From positions 21,824,001 through 21,888,000 of the forward strand of contig NC_043004.1 of NCBI RefSeq assembly GCF_006345805.1: a stretch of DNA of 64,000 nt, read 5' to 3'. Shown piece after piece: positions 27,572 to 40,519 of this stretch. The DNA comes from Octopus sinensis (Eukaryota). Positions within the stretch are counted from its first letter, which is position 1. Every line of letters starts with the position of its first letter. The position numbers and the translations under genes are program-made. The notes beneath the pieces were generated by a model that was not told the origin of the DNA, did no database searches, and saw nothing but the letters and a program-made list of their open reading frames with translations.

Positions 27572-27763
27572 CTCGGGAGGGTCATTATGCCGATAATAAT
27601 CACACGTACTGGATCGAGTTTACCTATTTATTATTCTTTAATTAGGTTGATTAACTGTTCAATGAACAAATTAAACTGCTGTTTGATTAAACATTCGGTT
27701 AAACAGTCAATTATGTTTATCAAAGTCCTTTTGTCGCCAATCGCAACCTCTTCAATGACATTC
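27572..27763 (+). repeat. Diverged half-copy of the 11243-11590 MITE family
   Basis: Begins CTCGGGAGGGTCATTATGCC and shares GGTTAAACAGT and GCAACCT.TTCAATGAC with the first copy. Confidence 0.7.
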
Positions 27764-30581
27764 CCTCATTCCCTCTCCATTCTAGTTTCTCCGTATGGCA
27801 TCTTTTGACTACTGCATTTTACCTAGAATCTCCCGTCTTAAATATAAAGACATTGCGAGAGCAGGAAGGTGCATGTTTGTGGGAGATGGTGGTAATTGTT
27901 TTTGGTAATTACTCAGGAATATACTTCATCCACACTAAAGAGATGAATTGTTAACTTCCCTCCTGGCAATGGATCTTTTAAGAATTACTTCCTACATAGT
28001 CATAGGACCAAGCATTTGCATGGGCGAATAAATGCACAGACGATTGTATCAAGGATTGTGATTAACAGCTTCTTTATTATATCGATTCTCGGAATGATGA
28101 AAGGAAAAGATGTCTTTAGGTAGACTTAATATCAGGTAAAAAGGAACACAATATTTTGTCCGATATCCTAACAACTCCACTAATTTCACAGTTCTTTGAC
28201 TTATTACAATAACGAATTTAGTAGCTAAACGGCTTGTGTGAAACAAAATTTAGGTTCTTCTAATCTGTTTCACTGTTTGAAAATATGATATTTACTATTT
28301 CTCACCTCTCATCATCCCTGCGATCCTTCTATTTTACTTCGGCAAGGGTTTCTGAAAGTGATCTGTATTTCAACATTTTATATATTTAGTTATTTTTAAT
28401 TGAATGTAAATCCACAGCGATATTCGTCGATAACTCTAAACATAATGGGATTAATAGTCTACTGTTCATTACATGCTCTTCATCACCAGTGTGAGAAGAC
28501 AATGTTTACTTAATTGTCCCTAGGCACCAAACTATGGAATATATTTTTCATGGTTAATGAGAAAAGTGGGTATGACGAACATGCCCTCTGAACAGAGACA
28601 TGGTTTGAAAGGGTGCGACAGTGTGTGCTTTGCTAAAGACTCCGAAATTTCGGTCAACTGTTTTAAGTCGGGAAGTTGATTATGTCTAACCTCCAAGAAC
28701 AGAAACAGTTTCCCACCTTTTACAAATATGTTATCTACAAAATTTCACGTTCGTGATTTTGGTTGACTTCTGACTATAGTAGAAGAGACTTGCTCGATGT
28801 TTCAAGTAGCCAGATTATACTGGAAATTGAAGTGAAAAAGGAACGTCGTAATTACACAAAAACGCCAGTGAAATTAATCTAGAAGGGAAATTATGTGAAA
28901 ATATATTGTATTTTGCTCTTTGAAGTAAATTTATTTCCTCTGCTTTAGTTAATTGTAAGAAAAGTGTATATTTTGTGTGCTACTTTTACTTCTGTTGGCA
29001 AATCGTCTGAAACAACTCAGCAGTAAATTATTGAGGCCCAAATATAAAGCCCTGTTTCAATCTGTAATTTGAAGCAATCTACTCATACGTATTGTTAAAC
29101 ATTTTCATAAATATGTGTACATTTGCATATCCCCTTTCTATTCTCACCTCTATCATTTCCTCGATAATATATCTGACTGAAATATAGATAGTCAACACGT
29201 CATTTTAATACAATAAATATATATTGAGACGGGTATCAATTTTTATTCCAAGCAGTCTGTGAAAATTGATATAATACGTTATAGTTGTTTCAGAGGTTTT
29301 GATTACCATTTTGTGATTCACTATTTCCATATGATAATCAATATATTATGTGATTACTATGCAGTCCTGAATAAAAGCTTATTTCTAGCCTCAACTATAA
29401 ATTCAGGATAATACTTCTACACAGTAAATAGTAAATGAATTTAGGATGATACTTCTACACAGTCTGACGCATTCAGTATTTAGGAAGAAATTTGACGAAA
29501 TATGTTATGATTTGAAATGCACAATCTTTGTTTCCTTCCCATCATATTTTAGCATAATACTGTGGTTAGATGTAGTTTCAGTCAAAGAAATACTTTTGAT
29601 GATGGTAGCAATGAAGGATCAATATGTCATGCTGTCGAACTAATGAAAACATCTAGCAATTTATAGGGGTGTGTAGCAGGGGTTAAATTCTATTGTTAAT
29701 AGCACTGAACACATGAAAACTGTGGCAAGGAAATTTATGTAATCCAACAGCGTCCATTTTGTCGATATTGCAGTAATATTTTACTACTTATGCATAATAA
29801 TTTCCTATCTCCTCTTTTTACTTTATGATTCTGTGTGCTTACATGTGTGTATTGATTCTTTGCCTTCGAACTGTTGTTAATAATGTTTCCGTTGGAGTAT
29901 AGAATACTTAGTCTCATACTTTTGACATGTAGTACCAGTATTACCCTTTCCGAACTTTAAAAGTTTTACATTTTATCACAATTTACAGCAACATTGAATC
30001 ACCTTTTTATGTGTTTTCAGTGGCATTCAATAATATTGATTACAGATAATATATCCCATGTATTCAAAACGGTGTTTTTACTAGCTCTGTGCCTAAATAA
30101 ATAAATAGTTCGTTATTTTTAATATTGACTAAATTAGTAAGAAGATGATTAAATTAATGATTAGTTATAGAGATACGCTGCCAAAAAATGGGACAAATTT
30201 GTAGTAAATGTATGAATGTTGTCTATAGAATTAAGGAATATAATCTCGACCTATGCAAAACAATAATGTGCAAATCAATTTAAAGAACAGATAATCATAG
30301 AGGGATTAATTCTGTATCATTTTCAATAGAACAATGCACTGAATATCTATGGTTCCTATATAATGATCGATGAAAACATCCGTTCAGTTATACACTTATG
30401 TTTGGTGGTAAAGTATAATTCATTCGACTCTCATAATATCAGTTATGGGAATAATGTGTCTAGTATTCGTGTACTTGCTTGATACAGGCGGGTTTATATT
30501 ACAGATATTTATAAAACACATGACCAAAAAAGACTGGTTTATTACGTATAATATTGAGTATCATAATATCTGACTGTGTGA

Positions 30582-30744
30582 AAGTTCAAATTCCGCCGAG
30601 GTCGACTTTGCATTTTATCAGTTCTGGGTCGATCAAATAAGTACAAGTTACGTACTGGGGTCGGTGTAATCGACTTAATCCCGTTGTCAGTGCCTGTGTG
30701 TCCCCTCAGTGTTTATCCCCTGTGGACAATATAGAAATAAATAG
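30582..30744 (+). mobile_element. 5'-truncated SINE family C with 12-bp target-site duplication
   Basis: GTTCAAATTCCGCCGAGGTCGACTTTGC...TAGAAATAAATAG, flanked by CTGACTGTGTGA at 30570-30581 and 30745-30756. Confidence 0.9.
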
Positions 30745-31396
30745 CTGACTGTGTGATTCTTAAGAACCTTTCGCAACTACGTGGTTGCGAGTAAGACCCC
30801 GCTGTAGTGTACTATAGACCACGTTTTATTACAATAACCGCGTATCAACCAGAGCCTTGGGACAGAAATATATCAGATGTAAACTGTGCGAGGTCATTCG
30901 CTTTCTTGAACAGTAGACTTAATACGTCTTTTATCAAAACTCTTTGATTCTTGGGTGTCTTTCCAGAGCTATACTATAGTGGAAGCATCAAATCTAGGTC
31001 TCCGAGATAATGATAATGTCCTTTTTCACTTCCTCTCTCTGCCCTTCGTTTCCTGGGTTATCAAAATCACCAAAGTAATGAAAAATTACAAGGAAAACTA
31101 AATATATTTCAACATATATTTTTGAGGTCAATCAATTCAACTAAGTAGCAAATATGATTTCGCATGACTTGTTATAATAGACATATCTTTTTGAAACCAG
31201 TCCTTACCGTATTAGAGAAAGGAAGGACATCTTTGATAATGTAGTGTCTGATATTCAATCAGATTGAATAGGCATAGTTTACACACTTTTAATTGTAGGT
31301 TTACTTAAGTAGAGCAGATCAAGTTCTGAACAACAATATCGAAAACCATTCTTAACTGAATTTGGAACAGAAATTTAACACCTCTTAATATATATA

Positions 31397-32652
31397 CAAT
31401 ACTATCCAAAGGTTTAAGATCACCTACGAAAGTTTGTTTCAAAGTGCAACTTTTAGTTCAATGTCATGGATTTAGATACATTCTTAGAATAAAAATATAG
31501 AATAACATATTGCATACAGTTTGCAGTTTATTTCATATGGAACAACACTATACATATTCTATAGGCAAATAATCATACCTCTTGAAGGCAAGTCTATTTG
31601 GATACGTTGTCAAAATCATTTTAGCACCCAGTTTTTGGCAACATTGCAATACATGTTCAGTCACTAGTCTCCGAAACAGGTGTCTAACAGCAAATTAAAT
31701 CGCTGCCTAAGTAAGTGAAATTGGCGAAGCTATAATGTTTCCCACAACCGTGAGGAGTAAACTCACTACTGCTGGTCTAAATGGTTGTTGTGGTGACAGA
31801 AAATCACTGCGTCAACCTGTGTAAATACATAAGAGACTCATATGGGTCAGAAAACAACAAAACTGGACTGTTGATCAATATAAACAAGTCCTCTGGATTT
31901 ATGAATCAAACTTTGAAATCTTCGGATCCCAATGTAGCTTATGTGAGGCGAAGAACTGGTGAACGGACGATTCCTGAGTGTATTGTTTCTACTGTAAAGC
32001 ATGGTGGGAGAATTATGACGATTTGGAGTTGTTTTGCAGGTAATAATGCTGGGGATGTTAATCGGGTAACAGAAATATTGAACCAAAATGGGTATCCCTC
32101 TATCCTCCAGCGCCATGCCAGTCCATCTAGAACGAGGCTGATCGGTGATAATTTTGTGCTGATTTAAGATGATGAACCTAAATATACTTCTAAGCTATGA
32201 AAAAGCTATTTACAGAAGAAATAAATGAAAAAGTTCCTCGTAACGAAATCGCCAGCCCGGTCCCTCCCTTTGCAATCTCATCGAAATTGTGTGGAATGAA
32301 TTGGCTCACAGAGTCAAAAAGCGGCAACCAAGTAGTGCAGAAACTCTCTGGACACTCTTACAAGAGAATTGGCAAAATATTACGAACGAATATTTGCTTT
32401 CATTGCTTGAAACAATGCCCAGAGTATGCTCCACAGAAATCAAGGCCAAGGGCAGATATTTCAATGAGTCTAAGAATTAGAGTTTTTCTCTGGATTTTCA
32501 GTTTTGTTTAGTTGCTGAGTTTATTATGTCATCCAATGAATATAACTATACATTCATAAAATACTTCACCAGAATCTCTCAGTTTATTTCTATCATGTAG
32601 ATGTTTTTTTTTTAAATAGGTTTAGGTGTTCTTAAAGTTTTGGCTAGTTGTT
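31397..32652 (+). mobile_element. Tc1-family DNA transposon, degenerate and internally deleted
   Basis: Imperfect terminal repeats (CAATACTATCCAAAGGTTTAAGATCACCTA versus reverse complement of 32622-32652) are flanked by TA. Transposase relic at 31850-32480: NWTVDQYKQVLWIYESNFEIFGS / YVRRRTGE...TVKHGGRIMTIWSCFAG...ILQRHA...LI*DDEPKYTSKL / NLIEIVWNELAHRVKKRQPSS...MPRVC..IKAKGRYFNESK (DD34E type). Confidence 0.92.
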
Positions 32653-33124
32653 TATATGGCATAGTCTGTTCAGAATTCGTAAAGATGGATTTCATAGTGC
32701 AGTAATTTGATGGAAGGTAATTTCTCCTTATTTTTGCTATTCGCGATTTACAAAACAGCATGAAATATCACAGCATGTTTTTAATAGTCCTAAAATATAA
32801 CTGAATTTGCTTTTCAATAGGTGAAGTAAACTTTGTTTTAATGTCTGAATGACGCCAAATAATTTTCTGCAACTATACATGGGTGTGCAGAATCATGCAA
32901 TCAAGATAATGGCATTTATTTCAAGTAAAACAGATGAAAATTGACATAGTAGTTTCAAACGACCACATTCGCTAGGCAGAAATTACGATAAGCAATACTT
33001 AAGAAAAATGTTATAGTCAATGAAATGTGTAACTAGTTACTTTTTATAACAAATACTTCACTTCTGAAAATTAAATCATCTACTTAAATATTTTAGCATA
33101 AAATATTCTACTCGGCCTTCTCAA

Positions 33125-33330
33125 TCAAAATACTCGTCGACTTAATTCGAGACCCGATTTAATACCATTACATGGCTCGTAAATACGCTGAGCAGAGTTC
33201 ACTCTGATGTAGATTCGGAACACATCTCCAGTATGATTATAATTTTCCTTATGTCCCCAGCCAAACTCGAACTCCTCAAAAATTTTCACGGGTTTTATAC
33301 TTCCCTCTTTGACGAAGTATACCATCGCCT
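33125..33330 (-). mobile_element. Probable mariner transposase N-terminal (HTH) relic
   Basis: MVYFVKEGSIKPVKIF...SAQRIYEPCNGIKSG resembles the mariner N-terminal pattern 'I.F..KEG.KP.EI.....S..R.YEW...FK.G'. No terminal repeats were found. Confidence 0.45.
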
Positions 33331-34498
33331 GAAAAAAATACTGTTTATCTTGTATAAACATTAAAGACATACAGGGCACATAATGACATAGCTAATTTCC
33401 AGGCTTTTGTTATAGACCATCTTTCTGGTAATAAAAATGTATGTATCGCTTTCAAGTTTTTACTAATATTTCACTCGCAAAACGGTATATTGGTATCAGA
33501 GTGTAACACTTAAATATATAATTGAACAAAAGTGTGCTACATGATATAATAATTTGATTATCTTCATTTATCATAATGTAAAGATCATTGGCATGAAATT
33601 GATCATTAACATACTTTGTCCTTAGCTTACACTCTACAGTGCCACAGCTACTACAAATATTTTATTACGGCTTCAAGGAAGAGAATATTACAATGTTTAA
33701 TTGTATATGGGTATTTGCATTCCTTACAAACCCAAATTATATAGTGTCAAACTCTTCAGACTTGAATTAGGCAATTCAATTAAGTATTCTATCTGAAAAT
33801 GTTGATCCTCAGAAATTCCTCGCTAACCATGTTTTCCTCATGACGTTAAGCTCTACTTTTCCCAAAAAAATTATTGAGCACATGTACCTCACCAGTTTCG
33901 TGTGAAGGGATTTACAAATTAGTTCCTTTCTTGAGTTCAAAATATTAATATATATATATATATATATATAGTGAGAGAGAGAGAGAGTGAGAGAGCGTGT
34001 GTACACGCGTGCATGTGTATTTATATATGCATACATATTTATATATATATTTATGTGCATGTATATATGTATGTATACCTATCACAAAAATTTGCATACA
34101 TTGAGGCATGCGCATTGTACACACACACATATGCTTATATTTATTCAATGCAATTTAATCAGTATGGGATATTTTAAGAAAATATGTTGATTCTACTTTT
34201 TTTTACCATTTGCGGAAGCACTAATTAATAAACGTCGTTTGAGTACTACATTCAATTAACTTTTCTATAGATATTTGAAAAACAAAGGACTTGTATAATA
34301 GAAAACACACTTATCCTCGGAGGTACACAGCTAATTTCCGATAGATACTGCGAGAAAACTGTTGAGAAACGTATTTATTCTTATTGATCAAGATATTGTA
34401 TTCTCACAGACTGCCACAAGTTAAATCTCCAAGATTTTCTCCGAAATTTAATTCTATGTTCCAATCTTTGAAATACCGGTCGTCTGTATATTTGTTGT

Positions 34499-34830
34499 TA
34501 GGTGGCGTGCTGACAGAATCATTAGACCATTCAAAAGAGTAAGCCTTGCGGTATCTTTTCTGAGCTTTTTAGTTCTGAATTCACATGAAGTCAAAGTAAA
34601 AATTGCTTTCCCTCATCGTGGTTAGGATGTTACACACACGTTCGCAAGTTTGCGGATTCGATTCCCGGACCGGATGTGTGTTGTTTTCTAGATCTTCATT
34701 TTTACGTTGCTTTACTTAATTTCGCTGTAAATGAGTAATCCTGTAACGTACTGGCGCTCCATTCAGGAGGACGGTCATTTACGCGACTTGGTAAATGGAT
34801 AATTGACTTTTATGTGTCCTAAAATTTCAG
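34499..34830 (+). mobile_element. SINE family C head (34499-34612) followed by SINE family B (34613-34830)
   Basis: GGTGGCGTGCTGACAGAATCATTAG...TTCTGAATTC, then GTGGTTAGG...GGATTCGATTCCCGGACCGG...TTTTACGTTGCT...AAATGAGTAATCCTG. Confidence 0.7.
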
Positions 34831-35295
34831 GCAGCACTTTACTTATTTATCGCTAGTTTGAACATGATCCGCTGATCCCTTCACTCTAAATTTCCGGTCT
34901 TGTGCTAACGCATTTAATGTTGCAATTGATGATGGTGGTGATAATTGTAGTGGTTAATATTAAATCAACTGAAAGATAATTATGACCAAATATTTCGCGT
35001 CTTTGACAACCTCGTCTTTTAAAAACATATAGATTACACAATTTAATATTACCTTCTCTATTTTGAGTGTGTAGCGTATACTTTGTGTGACATGTGGTTA
35101 GTATTTCTATGAAGTTGAATAATCAGGAAAAAGCTCCATCGTTGACATGGTATGCCCAGATTGCATGAGGCATAGCCGTGCATATCATTACGATAGAGCT
35201 TCCTCTTGTAGAGCTATAGAGCTTCTCTTCTCGATTTCCTTTTCTCCCCAAAAAACACTACCATCAACACTACTGCCACCCCCCACCTGTACTAT

Positions 35296-35335
<40 letters not shown>

Positions 35336-35607
35336 GTCACTTATAAGTCAAGTAACCCATTATAAATTCCCTTAGAGAATCTAACGTGAAATATTGTTAG
35401 CTTCCGTTGGTCAAACTCCAGAAGGCAGATCAAATTGCATCGGTAAAATTTTATGGCAGATTTGGCGATATTCCTGACAGTTACGTTCTAGAAGACGTAA
35501 ATGTAGTAGTAGTAGTAGCAGCTGTTGTTGTAGTAGTAGTAGTTGTTGCTGCTGCTGCTGATGATTTTGTTGTTGTTCTTCTTTGAACGAGAGAGAGAGA
35601 GAGAGAG

Positions 35608-36361
35608 TATTTCTTTATTCACCATAAGGTTGAGAAAAAGAGGGGACAAAACAAACGTTGGGGTTAGGGTATCGAATGAGACGAAACGTATGAATAAACA
35701 AGCAATTAAAATACATACAATTAAATGAGAATGAGTGAATAACAAAAAATGAAACGGAGGATGCGGTTGACCCCACAAAAAACATACTCACACTGAAGAC
35801 TTTGCTTTCTCCTTTTTTGTATTCTCGTTTAAACCGGTTCTTTCACTCGCAACATACTTGCTATAGACTTCCATCTTTTACCAAACACATTTTGCAACAG
35901 GCATTTCTACTCCAGCCTTATTTTCAGTTTCATGTGGAAAACGAAAAAGTCGATTAGCTCGAGACTGGAGATAAACATGCCTTTTGCAATTCTTTTTACT
36001 CTCGTCTTCCAAACTACTTCTTTCGCCATAGCAGCTACCGAGAGAAAACAGGCTCGCTCCTCCCTATTCAGGGAGGTCGGCGGAACTATCTTAATTACAT
36101 ATTCGCTCGACAGTTGTACTCTTCTCGAATGCGACGGCAGGTGTTCGACATAAGCCCAGAGTTCAGTCACCTTGAGGCATTGCACCATCTTGTGCAGGAC
36201 AGTTTCACTGTCCCTCTCACATCTTGTACACAAACCGGCGAAGGTGCACACCCATGTCTAAAGAATTTATCTCGAACAGGTAAAGCTCCTCTGTAACATT
36301 GCCAGGCCAGGGATTTTTGGTAATTATCCATAGGCCCCGGACCGAATGTTCTTTGGAACAG

Positions 36362-36363
<2 letters not shown>
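35608..36363 (-). mobile_element. 5'-truncated L1/Tx1-clade LINE (zf-RVT C-terminus plus 3' UTR) inserted in a (TC)n tract
   Basis: Translation FQRTFGPGPMDNYQKSLAWQCYRGALPVRDKFFRHG../C.RCERDSETVLHKMVQC...LWAYVE...AMAKEVVWKTR...FFVFHMKLKIRLE. The 3' end reads AATAAAGAAATAC then (TC)n; the 5' end also abuts (TC)n. Confidence 0.88.
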
Positions 36364-36403
<40 letters not shown>

Positions 36404-37231
36404 CTGCTGTAAGAACAGTAGTTGCAGTGTTGGGACATATACATGTTACGTGCTGTCTCAGATTGCTTTTAAAAAGTTAACGCCGTAGTAACAGATTCCT
36501 AGATACAAAAAGCAGCACTCATGTTGCTATTGTTGTAGCTTGTATAATCCCAAGTTATCCCTTGTCTAACAGACATTAACAGATGAATTCAGACACTTAC
36601 CATTCCCTTTTTCTATTCAAACACACTGCATCAACTATGAGATACGCAATGTGTCATTCAATTTCTAGAAATGATCGGGCTTTAGCTACTATTTCTAACT
36701 GATCGTCGTAATACATGCATAACTTACTACAATGTCGCAATGTAGGCTCTGTTAAAATATCGGCTTATCTTACAATATTGTTTATTGTCACCAGAGCCGT
36801 ATTGTTTGAGATAGAGTAGCAAGAATTTTGTATTCACTAAATTTACTAACTTTGCAAGCAACTTTAGAGAAAATGATGCTGTAGTCTTTGTTTGTTGTCA
36901 CTCTCGAAGCTGTTAGAATAATGTCATCGGTTTGTGTTTTCAGAAAAAATGTAAATAATAAAGAATGTACAAGAAAGGCAACGAGGCACGAACAAATGCC
37001 TCTTCAATATGATTGGTCAATTTAAGGCGGCGATCTGGGAAAAGCTTTAGCATGCCGGGTAAAATTGCGATATTTATATTAAACACGTGTTATGTCAACC
37101 ATTAGTATATATTGAGTGAATAATCTTCTTTAGCTCAGTATTGGATGAGAACATCTAGATAACCAGGACTTAAGGTCCATCCTGCCTATTTTGATACTTT
37201 GAGCTCTCTGTGTAACGAAATATTTCATTTA

Positions 37232-37960
37232 CGAGTTGCATTCCAGAAGATTTTAGGCTTTTTCAGGAGGGACATTTATTGATTCCAAAGTAATACAGAA
37301 CTTTAATCTCCTTCAAAGTAAGATCTTCTGATCTCAATTCACTTATTATAATGCTCCAGTCACCTCGTGAAGGCCTTATGGATGTCCTCGAAAGGGATGT
37401 TTTCTTTATCTATCATCCTTCTCAGCCTCTTTCATCTTCTCAATATCTTGAAATCGACTGCTCCTGAAGTCCTCCTTCAGCTTTCGGAGCTACCAAAAGT
37501 CACAGGAGCAAAACTTGACCTGTAGGCAGGATGGGGGAAGTTTTGATGCTTATTTCAGTCAAGTAGTGGAATTATAGGAGAGAAGGAGAGCTATGACTGG
37601 ATGTAATGAGCTCAATTATTTTCATGCTGTCACCAAAGTGTCTTTCCTTCTGATCGTCACTGGGCATCCTGGAAACAGACTTTGTACAAATGTAGTGCAT
37701 ATCCATATCTTCAAAAATAATTGTGTGTAGAGCAGTTACAGTTACTCCAAACTGAATGATGATTGGTTTTCATCGGCACACAATGCTGTTCATCCAAAAA
37801 ATAGTGAATTTTCTCAACCAGCTCAACTGTTCTGACGTCTCTCTCACCTACACATCAGATCGTTTCACTACTACTTTTTGCTGTCCTTGAAACTCTTGTA
37901 CCAACGGAAATCATGCTCGGTTCAATATTATGCCCCATTCTGTTTAGCACTTTATTCCTT
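37232..37960 (-). mobile_element. Degenerate, internally deleted mariner (irritans-like)
   Basis: Minus-strand pieces: LNRA/FRWYKSFKD, RTVELVEKIH, EDMDMHYICTKSVSRMPSDDQKERH, SIKTSPHPAYRSSFAPCDFW*LRKLKEDFRSSRFQDIEKMKEA...YNK*IEIRRSYFEGD* (stop 37303-37305). TACGAG end at about 37230. Confidence 0.85.
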
Positions 37961-38472
37961 ATAATCTAACCATGAAGATAGAATTGTAATTTATAGTTAA
38001 AGGAGCCTTTTTTTTGTCTGTTTCTTGATATCTGTATTTTGCATTTTGATTATAATAGTACTTTGTCAGTAACTATATCTATGGGTTTAGTTTTGGCTGT
38101 AAGCTGCTAAAAATATCACATTGCATTGGGTATGCATTCTCATACTGAGTGAAACGACCGTAGCATCTTATGAAATATTTATTTAAATAATCATCTAATG
38201 AAGCGCATTTAAAACTTAAGTGGATGATGTTAATTACACATCTCACGAATGTAGTGCCCCGAAACATCTGTACTGATTTGTAAAAAAAACGAATGTCGGT
38301 CGTTCCCTTTCCTGTCACTTATCTATTTACATAAAATTTACGGATACTATGAAATTGTTTGTGGCTATACAGAAGCAAGAGCATTTCCATTGTAAGATGA
38401 CATCAGGTAACCAACAAGCGTTGCATAGCAAACTACAAAACTTTTACTTTGTGTCTCCAAGCAATCATTGGG

Positions 38473-38644
38473 CTCTGATCACATGATCTATTTTGTTCGA
38501 AAATCAGGACACAGATACATGTGTATTCACGAGAAAAAGACGAGGTTAATCGACTTTTGCATTAACATTCCCCTCGTTCTTTTCTCGTGAATACTCATGT
38601 ACCAGTGTCCTTATTTTGAAACAGAATACATCATGTACTCAGAG
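38473..38644. repeat. Foldback palindrome, ~73-bp arms and ~26-nt loop (MITE-like)
   Basis: 38473-38545 is the reverse complement of 38572-38644 (shared TATTCACGAGAAAAAGA(A)CGAGG). Confidence 0.88.
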
Positions 38645-38787
38645 TTATGAAATTTTCTGGTCACGTGTTTCCAAAGCAAGAAACTAGTAGTTGCTCGTAT
38701 CTTTATATTTTGTACATTTAGTGATATTTATCTCCCAGTAGTTTTGAATACACTTTTGTGCATCTTACCTTAAGCAGCACAATGAAC

Positions 38788-38858
<71 letters not shown>

Positions 38859-38931
38859 CATACATATATGTGTGTGTGTGTTTATATGTATATACCTCCA
38901 TTGCAAGCTAGCTTGCTAGATAGATAGAAAG

Positions 38932-39034
<103 letters not shown>

Positions 39035-40131
39035 AGAACATATATATGTAAGACATGGGTAAAGAGACGGAATGAGCGTTTATGTTTGTGAATATGAGAT
39101 CAAAAAACCTTAATCTAAAGCGCGGTGAAGAATGAAAATATGGTGATGATAATAAAATCAACGTTGATTATTGAAATAAATTGTAGGGAATATACATTAA
39201 TATGGATGTTTCTACGAGAATCTGCTACAAACAAATATCCCACATAAGCAAGGACAACCACAAAGATCCGAGGTGTAGACAAACATAGCGCTGTTGCTGC
39301 TGTTGCCGTGGCCATTGTTATTGCTCTTGTTAATTAGACCGAGGTCAAGACCTATTCAAGCAAACCTATGATCAAAGGTTTTTCTGCATTGATTATCTTC
39401 AATCACAGAATAGCTGGCGCAACATTATCTGATGCTGTCTTTTCTTTTTCCTTCGTTATTTGTTTTTTGAAATTAGTAGTTTTAATTTGAGGAGCATTCA
39501 ACTGCTATGTTTAACGGCAACTACATAGATCTCTTTTGCTACATCGATCATATATTGTCCTAGATTCTTTATCAATATCCATATTGTTATATACTAGTGT
39601 TAGAAACCAGGTTTAAGCCTTGTTATGAAAAATATTTGTAAATTTTTGGCAAATACATGCTTAGATAGACCCTTAAACAGTTTAATCCCGTGCTTTAGAC
39701 ATCAAATGATGGAGGAACTAGAGGCTGTTCTCTAGTGTCGAATGTTTTATGGTACTAAGGGCAAATTATTTGACGTTATCAATAACTGAATTTTGTAAAG
39801 TATTTAAACTTCACATTTTCCTGTTACTCTATTTGCATGAAAAATATTTGCTTATCTTACCACCATCAAGTGTTAAATATATAAATACAATGATTAAAAA
39901 AATGCATGTTCTTATCAACACAGTACAGGGATCAGGCCTCGGCGTTGGCCTGGAAAAAATGTTTAGATATCTAATTTATTATTTTGCTAGCAGCAGTTTT
40001 ATCCTCATATTTTGTTAATTTGATATTGAAAAGATGTAGAGGATTTCATTGGTAGACTGTGCAAAGGACAATACTTGACTTTAATCCAACCATGTGCAAG
40101 ATACAGTTCTATATTTAAGAGATGAGGAAAT

Positions 40132-40280
40132 ATGTACATTATTTACATTTCACGGATATTTATCTTCATCTTGTTTGATGTTTAACGCAACGTTTCAACT
40201 AATATACCCTCTAGGCTTCATCAGATATCTTGGGGGAAATTTCGAACCTGGGTTCTCCTTCCTAAGGTATATTTCGATGT

Positions 40281-40345
<65 letters not shown>

Positions 40346-40519
40346 TATTAATAATAATAATAATAACAACAACATAGAAAAATACCTTAGGAATGAGAAC
40401 CCAGGTTCGAAATTTCCTCAAGAAACCTGATGAAGGCTTGAGAGTATATCAGCCGAAACGTTGTGTTAAACAACAAAGAAGATGAGGACAAATATCCGTC
40501 AAATGAAAATAAAGTATAT
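40132..40519. repeat. Head-to-head inverted pair of ~148-bp hammerhead-containing repeat tails around a (TAA)n tract
   Basis: 40132-40279 is the reverse complement of 40373-40519 (roughly 80-85% identical by eye), with (TAA)n at 40282-40372 between them. Confidence 0.92.
40422..40467 (+). ncRNA. Minimal type I hammerhead ribozyme motif (Penelope-associated type)
   Basis: AAAC-CTGATGA-A-GGCT(tgagagtatatc)AGCC-GAAAC-GTT-GTGTT: intact CUGAUGA and GAAA boxes, 4-bp stem II, palindromic AACGTT stem III, and stem I with one mismatch. Confidence 0.65.

Noticed and set aside
33125-33379. Apparent host exon behind a strong acceptor (TTTTTTTCAG|GCGATGG)
   Set aside because: The peptide is better explained as a decayed mariner N-terminus, and no convincing donor or partner exon was found.
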